Assembly: GCA_050952125.1 (NCBI GenBank)
Contig: JBMNKK010000004.1
Location: 267,671-331,670, forward strand
Source of the DNA: Bacillota bacterium
GTDB lineage: Bacteria > Bacillota > Sulfobacillia > Fermentithermobacillales > Fermentithermobacillaceae
Direction: 5' to 3'
Length of the DNA stretch: 64,000 nt
The notes under the pieces were generated by a model. That model was not told where the DNA came from and did no database searches. It saw only the letters and a program-made list of their open reading frames with translations. The translations under genes were made by a program, and so were the position numbers. Positions 59,291 through 64,000 of the stretch are shown piece after piece (the first letter of the stretch is position 1; the number at the start of each line of letters is the position of its first letter).

Positions 59291-61456
59291 ATGCACAAAC
59301 ACGGCTGGGTCGTCGCCATATGGCTCCTATGCGGCTTGCTGCTCCTGGCAGGCGGAATTGCCGTTGCCTCCAGGTCGGGCGAAGTGCCGCCGGTCGCGAT
59401 CCAGGGTGTGCTGGATCTTACGGAGTGGGATCCGAGCGATGATCCAATCGTACTCCTTAGAGGCGAGTGGGAGTTCTATTGGAAAGAGCTCCTAGAACCA
59501 TCTGATCTGCCGGCTCAATCAAGAATGACGGGCTTCATTGACCTCCCAAGCTCGTGGAACGGCTACATAGTCGACGGGAAGAAGGTCGGCGCCGAAGGTT
59601 ACGCCACGTATGTGCTGACGCTAAAGACGCGGGGCACAGGCGAACGCTTGGCTATCAGCACGCACGGCATCGCAACAGCATACAAGATTTGGGTTGATGG
59701 CGAGCTCAAAGCGTCCGTAGGTACGGTGGGGACCTCCGCCAGTACAATGACCGCGGGAGATGCGCGAAACCACCTAGAGTTCGACGCGGACCGGCCGGAA
59801 ACAACGATAGTCATTCAAGCGTCAAACTTCCTTCATCGCAGGGGCGGCGTGTGGTCCGATCTGGAATTGGGAACCGCATCGACAATCAGCCGCCAGGATG
59901 ACTGGCGCGTTCTGCTTGATGCAGGAAGCTTTGGCGCCCTAAGCATCATGGGAAATTACCACCTGTGCCTTTTCTCGCAAAGGAGGCGCGACCACACTAA
60001 TCTCTACTTCGGGTGGCTCTGCATCGCGTTCTCTATAAGGGCTCTTCTCGTAGGGCAGATACTCGTGACCAGAGTCTTCCCGGAGTTTCCCTGGACGGTG
60101 GCGATCACCCTTGAATACGTCACCACATGGGCTCTTCTGCCATTGGGCGTGGCGTATGTGGAAAGCAGCTTCCCCCAAGACGTGCGGATGCGCGCGACTC
60201 GGTTCGTCACGGCAATATGCTTGGCCTTCTCGAGCCTCGCTGTCACTCTGGGCCCAAAGGTCTCCACACGAGCAGTGATCGTTTACCAGATCTTCGATAT
60301 TGTTGTCATCGCCGCAGTCATTGCCCGGATTCTCATCTTGGCCATTGCGCGAAAGCGACTCGGGTCCATAGCGATGGCACTTGGAGCCTGTGTTTTCGTA
60401 ATTACTTCTCTAATCGACGCGCTCTACTTCCACGAATTCTTGCGTATCGGCAACTTGTCGCAGTTGGGCCTCGTATTCCTCTGCTTCATGCAGTCCTACT
60501 CTTCGTCTCTGCGGTTCTCGAAAACCGTCAAAGAGGTAGAACAGCTTTCCGAGCAGATTGCCGTCGTGAACACAGAGCTTATCGACCTCAACCGAAACCT
60601 TGAAAGCCGGGTCGAAGAGCGGACGGCTGAGCTTGTCGAATCCAACCGTAAACTGGAGACCATCAACCGGGAGATAGCCCGCATCGAGGCAGCGCGGAAA
60701 CATCTATTGGCGAACATCGCTCACGACCTTAGGACTCCGGTAACTCTGATTAGAGGATACGCAGAGGCTATTTTGGACGGGGTTGTTGAGGGCGCAGATG
60801 CAAAAGCCAGGTATCTCGACCTGATTCGTACTAAAGTGGACGGGTTGGCGGTACTCATAGACGACCTGTTCGAGCTTACGCAGTTGGAAGCAAGGCGGAC
60901 CAAATACAGCCCCGAGATTCTCGATGTTGTCAGCATGGTGCGCATGATGTACGAGAAGCACGAACAAGACATTCGGGGAGCAGATCTGGAACCGCGGCTT
61001 AAGCTTCCCGAACCAGACGATTCACAGCCGCCCGTTTGCATCAATGCAGATGCAGACCACTTGGCCAGAGTTGTAGCAAATCTGGTATACAATGCTGTGA
61101 AGTTCACGCCTAAGGGCGGTTGGATAGAGATAGGATGCTCGTTTGAGTACGGATTGGGCAGCGAAGCGGACTTGCTGGCCGCCGGAGCGCCCGCGATATA
61201 CCCTTCTGAGGCTGTTATCAAGGTGAGAGACAGCGGGCCGGGAATCGATGAACGCGACGTGCCGTTCGTATTTGACAGGTTCTACAAGGCGCCTAAGTCG
61301 CGCACTTCAGCCGCCGGCAGCGGCCTCGGCCTTGCGATAGCTAAAGAGATTGTGGAACTCCACGGCGGCAGGATCTGGGTTGAGAGCAAGCTGGGCCACG
61401 GCAGTTCTTTCTGTTTCAGCCTACCCACAGTGAGAGCCGAGAGCGAATCCTTCTAG
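59291..61456 (+). CDS. Sensor histidine kinase with N-terminal extracellular domain and 7-TM module (7TMR-DISM-like)
   Basis: 721 aa. A signal/TM anchor and ~185-aa extracytoplasmic domain are followed by seven predicted TM helices, a coiled coil, HisKA (..HDLRTP..) and HATPase_c (..DSGPGI..GSGLGLAI..). Confidence 0.8.
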   Translation: MHKHGWVVAIWLLCGLLLLAGGIAVASRSGEVPPVAIQGVLDLTEWDPSDDPIVLLRGEWEFYWKELLEPSDLPAQSRMTGFIDLPSSWNGYIVDGKKVGAEGYATYVLTLKTRGTGERLAISTHGIATAYKIWVDGELKASVGTVGTSASTMTAGDARNHLEFDADRPETTIVIQASNFLHRRGGVWSDLELGTASTISRQDDWRVLLDAGSFGALSIMGNYHLCLFSQRRRDHTNLYFGWLCIAFSIRALLVGQILVTRVFPEFPWTVAITLEYVTTWALLPLGVAYVESSFPQDVRMRATRFVTAICLAFSSLAVTLGPKVSTRAVIVYQIFDIVVIAAVIARILILAIARKRLGSIAMALGACVFVITSLIDALYFHEFLRIGNLSQLGLVFLCFMQSYSSSLRFSKTVKEVEQLSEQIAVVNTELIDLNRNLESRVEERTAELVESNRKLETINREIARIEAARKHLLANIAHDLRTPVTLIRGYAEAILDGVVEGADAKARYLDLIRTKVDGLAVLIDDLFELTQLEARRTKYSPEILDVVSMVRMMYEKHEQDIRGADLEPRLKLPEPDDSQPPVCINADADHLARVVANLVYNAVKFTPKGGWIEIGCSFEYGLGSEADLLAAGAPAIYPSEAVIKVRDSGPGIDERDVPFVFDRFYKAPKSRTSAAGSGLGLAIAKEIVELHGGRIWVESKLGHGSSFCFSLPTVRAESESF

Positions 61457-61540
61457 ATACCGTATTCGGACTAAAGCGTGCAAGTAGGGAAAACCGCCGG
61501 GCACGTGCGCGCCCGGCGGCTCGTTCTCCATGGTCTAATC

Positions 61541-63439
61541 CTAGTCGCTCTCCGGCACCGGAGCCACTCTCTTTGGATCCGGTGTGATCTTGGGCTTATC
61601 TTCAACCCTGTCAACCACAGGCGTGTCAGACGACTTTACCGGAGGCAACGGGTTGCCGGCCAAGAGAATATCCAGTTCGGCTCCCTTCAGGGTCTCGCGC
61701 TCCAAGAGCGTTTCCGCAACCAAGATAAGAGTGTCTTTCCTCTCCTCGAGCAAGGCCTTGGCCTTCTCGAAACACTCGTTGATGATGGCGCGCCCCTCTT
61801 GGTCAATAGCGGCGGCAACTTCTTCGGAGTAATCCCGTTCTCTGCCTAGATCCCTGCCCAGGAACACCTGTCCCTCTTTGCGCCCGAAGGTCAGGGGCCC
61901 GAGCTTATCCGACATGCCGAACTCCATGATCATCCGGCGGACCAGGTGGGTGGCAAGTTCCAGGTCGTTGGCGGCCCCGCTGTAGACATCATCAAACATG
62001 AGCTCTTCTGCCGCGCGGCCGGCCAGTGCCGAGGTAACCCTATCCAGAATCTGCGATTTCGTTACGAGGTACCTGTCTTCTTCGGGCACGGTAGACACGT
62101 GACCCAAGGACGCACCTCGCGACACAATGGTCACTTCGCGTACCGGGTCCGTGTTCGGCAGGATCTTGGCTGCCAACGCGTGGCCTGCTTCGTGGAAAGC
62201 GATTACCCGCTTCTCCTTCTCGCTGATAATCCTCGACTTCTTCCTGGGACCGGCGAGAACTCTCTGGGTAGCTTCCTCAAGTTCCTCCATACCGATGCGC
62301 CTCTTCCGCCGTCTGGCGGCCAACAAGGCGGCCTCGTTTACGAGGTTCTCCAGGTCGGCGGGAGTAAACCCTGCGGTGCTCTTGGCCAGGGCGCTCATGT
62401 CAACATCCTTGGAAATCGGCTTGCCCCTGCTGTGCACCTTCAGTATCTCTTCTCTGGCCTTCAGGTCAGGCTTGTCGAGGATGACCTGGCGGTCAAAGCG
62501 TCCGGGCCTGAGGAGTGCAGAGTCCAAAATGTCCGGCCTGTTTGTGGCGGCCATCACAATGATGCCCTGGTTAGTGCTAAAGCCGTCCATCTCGACGAGC
62601 AATTGGTTGAGGGTCTGTTCGCGCTCGTCATGCCCGCCGCCCATGCCGGCACCTCTCATACGCCCGACAGCGTCGATCTCATCGATGAAGACGATAGCGG
62701 GAGCCCTTTTCTTGGCCTGCTCAAACAGGTCACGTACTCGGGCAGCGCCAACGCCTACGAACATTTCGACAAAGTCGGACCCGCTGATAGACAGGAAAGG
62801 TACGCCGGCCTCTCCCGCTACGGCTCGGGCAATATAGGTCTTTCCCGTTCCCGGAGGTCCAAACAGGAGCACCCCCTTGGGGATCCTCGCGCCCATCTCC
62901 ACATACTTCTTCGAGTGCTTCAGGAAATCGACAATCTCCTGCAGTTCCTCCTTTGCCTCTTCACAACCTGCGACGTCGGCAAAGGTCACTTTTTCGTGAA
63001 TGTCAGACTGCATCCGTGCCCTAGAGCGGCCAAACTGCATGACTTGCTTTCCGCCGCCCTGGCTCTGCTGAAGCATGTAGAAAAAGAGAGCCACCATGAT
63101 CAGGACGGGGATCATGTTTGAAAGAAGCGAGATCCACCACGACGGCTCAGGAGGCATCTCGAACTTAACTGTCGCTCCGGATTCGACCAGCTTCGTATAG
63201 AGATCCGGGTCTGCCGGGACAATTGTGGTGAAGTTGGTGCCGTCTTTAAGGGTGCCGGTTACACCTTGCCCGTCGACAATGGTGACCGATACGATCTTTC
63301 CTGACTCCATCTGAGCGAGAAAGCGGTTATAGTCCAGTTCTGCATACTGGTCTCTGGGCGTAAAGAAATCAGCCAGAGATATTGCTATGAATATTAGAAG
63401 CGCGTAGACCGCGAGACTTCGCCATATCCTGTTGTTCAA
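61541..63439 (-). CDS. ftsH: ATP-dependent zinc metalloprotease FtsH
   Basis: 632 aa with two N-terminal TMs, an AAA+ module (GPPGTGKT.., SRF) and the HEAGHA zinc motif. Confidence 0.95.
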   Translation of the reverse strand: MNNRIWRSLAVYALLIFIAISLADFFTPRDQYAELDYNRFLAQMESGKIVSVTIVDGQGVTGTLKDGTNFTTIVPADPDLYTKLVESGATVKFEMPPEPSWWISLLSNMIPVLIMVALFFYMLQQSQGGGKQVMQFGRSRARMQSDIHEKVTFADVAGCEEAKEELQEIVDFLKHSKKYVEMGARIPKGVLLFGPPGTGKTYIARAVAGEAGVPFLSISGSDFVEMFVGVGAARVRDLFEQAKKRAPAIVFIDEIDAVGRMRGAGMGGGHDEREQTLNQLLVEMDGFSTNQGIIVMAATNRPDILDSALLRPGRFDRQVILDKPDLKAREEILKVHSRGKPISKDVDMSALAKSTAGFTPADLENLVNEAALLAARRRKRRIGMEELEEATQRVLAGPRKKSRIISEKEKRVIAFHEAGHALAAKILPNTDPVREVTIVSRGASLGHVSTVPEEDRYLVTKSQILDRVTSALAGRAAEELMFDDVYSGAANDLELATHLVRRMIMEFGMSDKLGPLTFGRKEGQVFLGRDLGRERDYSEEVAAAIDQEGRAIINECFEKAKALLEERKDTLILVAETLLERETLKGAELDILLAGNPLPPVKSSDTPVVDRVEDKPKITPDPKRVAPVPESD

Positions 63440-63493
63440 CCTAACGCCCCCTCTCTAGTAGCAATAAACCCGACCAAAGGTCGGGCGAGACCT

Positions 63494-64000
63494 TCAAATC
63501 GTAGCACAATTCCTGCTAGACCGCAACTCACGCCTGACCTCAATACGCAGCACCTTCGTTACGTTTTCTTTAACTTTAAACCTTTCGTCCAACCTAAACC
63601 CCGCTACCCACACTATCTTGTCCCCTGAAGCGACGATAGGCACAAAATCCCTGTAAAATCTCGGCACATGTTTCTGTATAAAGAAATCCTGGAGCTTCTG
63701 CCGCCGCCCTTCCATCCCCAAGGGCAGAAATCTGTCGCCTTGGGATCTTTTCCTCACTACGAGCGACTCCGTGCACCTACTGTAGTCTACGAACGCAACA
63801 TCTTCCTTTTCAAGCCATAGGCCCGAATTTGCAGAGGAAGACACCGCAGAACTCATGACGGATGCTCTTACATCCGGTTCCTCCACAAAGGAAGTGATCA
63901 CGGTGACGCCAAGCTCCGGAATCGGAGTCTCGCCCGGTACTGCCAGGGGAACCGGCTCCAATTTGGGGGCTTCAGGATAGAATACGAGAAAATCGCGCTC
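63494..64000 (-). CDS. tilS: tRNA(Ile)-lysidine synthetase TilS, C-terminal part (gene continues beyond window end)
   Basis: The frame is open to the window edge. The C-terminal substrate-binding domain is typical of TilS, and it sits immediately upstream of ftsH. The N-terminal PP-loop is outside the window. Confidence 0.6.
   Translation of the reverse strand, partial: ERDFLVFYPEAPKLEPVPLAVPGETPIPELGVTVITSFVEEPDVRASVMSSAVSSSANSGLWLEKEDVAFVDYSRCTESLVVRKRSQGDRFLPLGMEGRRQKLQDFFIQKHVPRFYRDFVPIVASGDKIVWVAGFRLDERFKVKENVTKVLRIEVRRELRSSRNCATI

Noticed and set aside
61946-63121. 391-aa plus-strand ORF antisense to ftsH
   Set aside because: ftsH on the minus strand is unambiguous (AAA+ and HEAGH motifs), so the antisense frame is spurious.

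Overview
This 64-kb window from a moderately high-GC (about 57-58%), endospore-forming Clostridia-class Firmicute holds a conserved housekeeping backbone interrupted by several lineage-specific accessory blocks. Sporulation-type genes (sigH, spoIID) and the 16S sequence support that placement.

Housekeeping backbone, mostly on the minus strand:
- nusG (5' part), secE, tRNA-Trp, rpmG, and a tRNA-Tyr/fMet/Thr cluster.
- The complete class-III stress operon ctsR-mcsA-mcsB-clpC-radA, with a textbook CtsR operator and sigma-A promoter.
- yacL (PIN/TRAM), bifunctional ispDF, thyX and rlmB.
- sigH and a tRNA-Thr(UGU).
- A single rrn operon (16S-23S-5S, no tRNA in the spacer) downstream of greA-lysS.
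- dusB, coaX, ftsH and the C-terminal part of tilS.

Accessory blocks:
- A DUF1538-like permease co-transcribed with a tandem P-II fusion protein.
- An uncharacterised three-gene operon plus a 322-aa hypothetical, inserted between greA and dusB.
- A DUF1540-like Cys-rich gene followed by a duplicated module of bitopic and polytopic membrane proteins (four translationally coupled genes). This is the best candidate for an undescribed system.
- An ECF S-component next to coaX.
- fhs, then a long operon of methyltransferase, M24 peptidase, M16 peptidase pair, hutH, hutI and a small membrane protein.
- A GAF-GGDEF cyclase.
- A 7TMR-DISM histidine kinase with an OmpR-type regulator.

No CRISPR array, transposase, integrase or prophage signature was seen. 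Coordinates of RNA and regulatory features are read by eye and may be off by 1-3 nt. CDS coordinates follow the ORF track, with a few start codons re-assigned.
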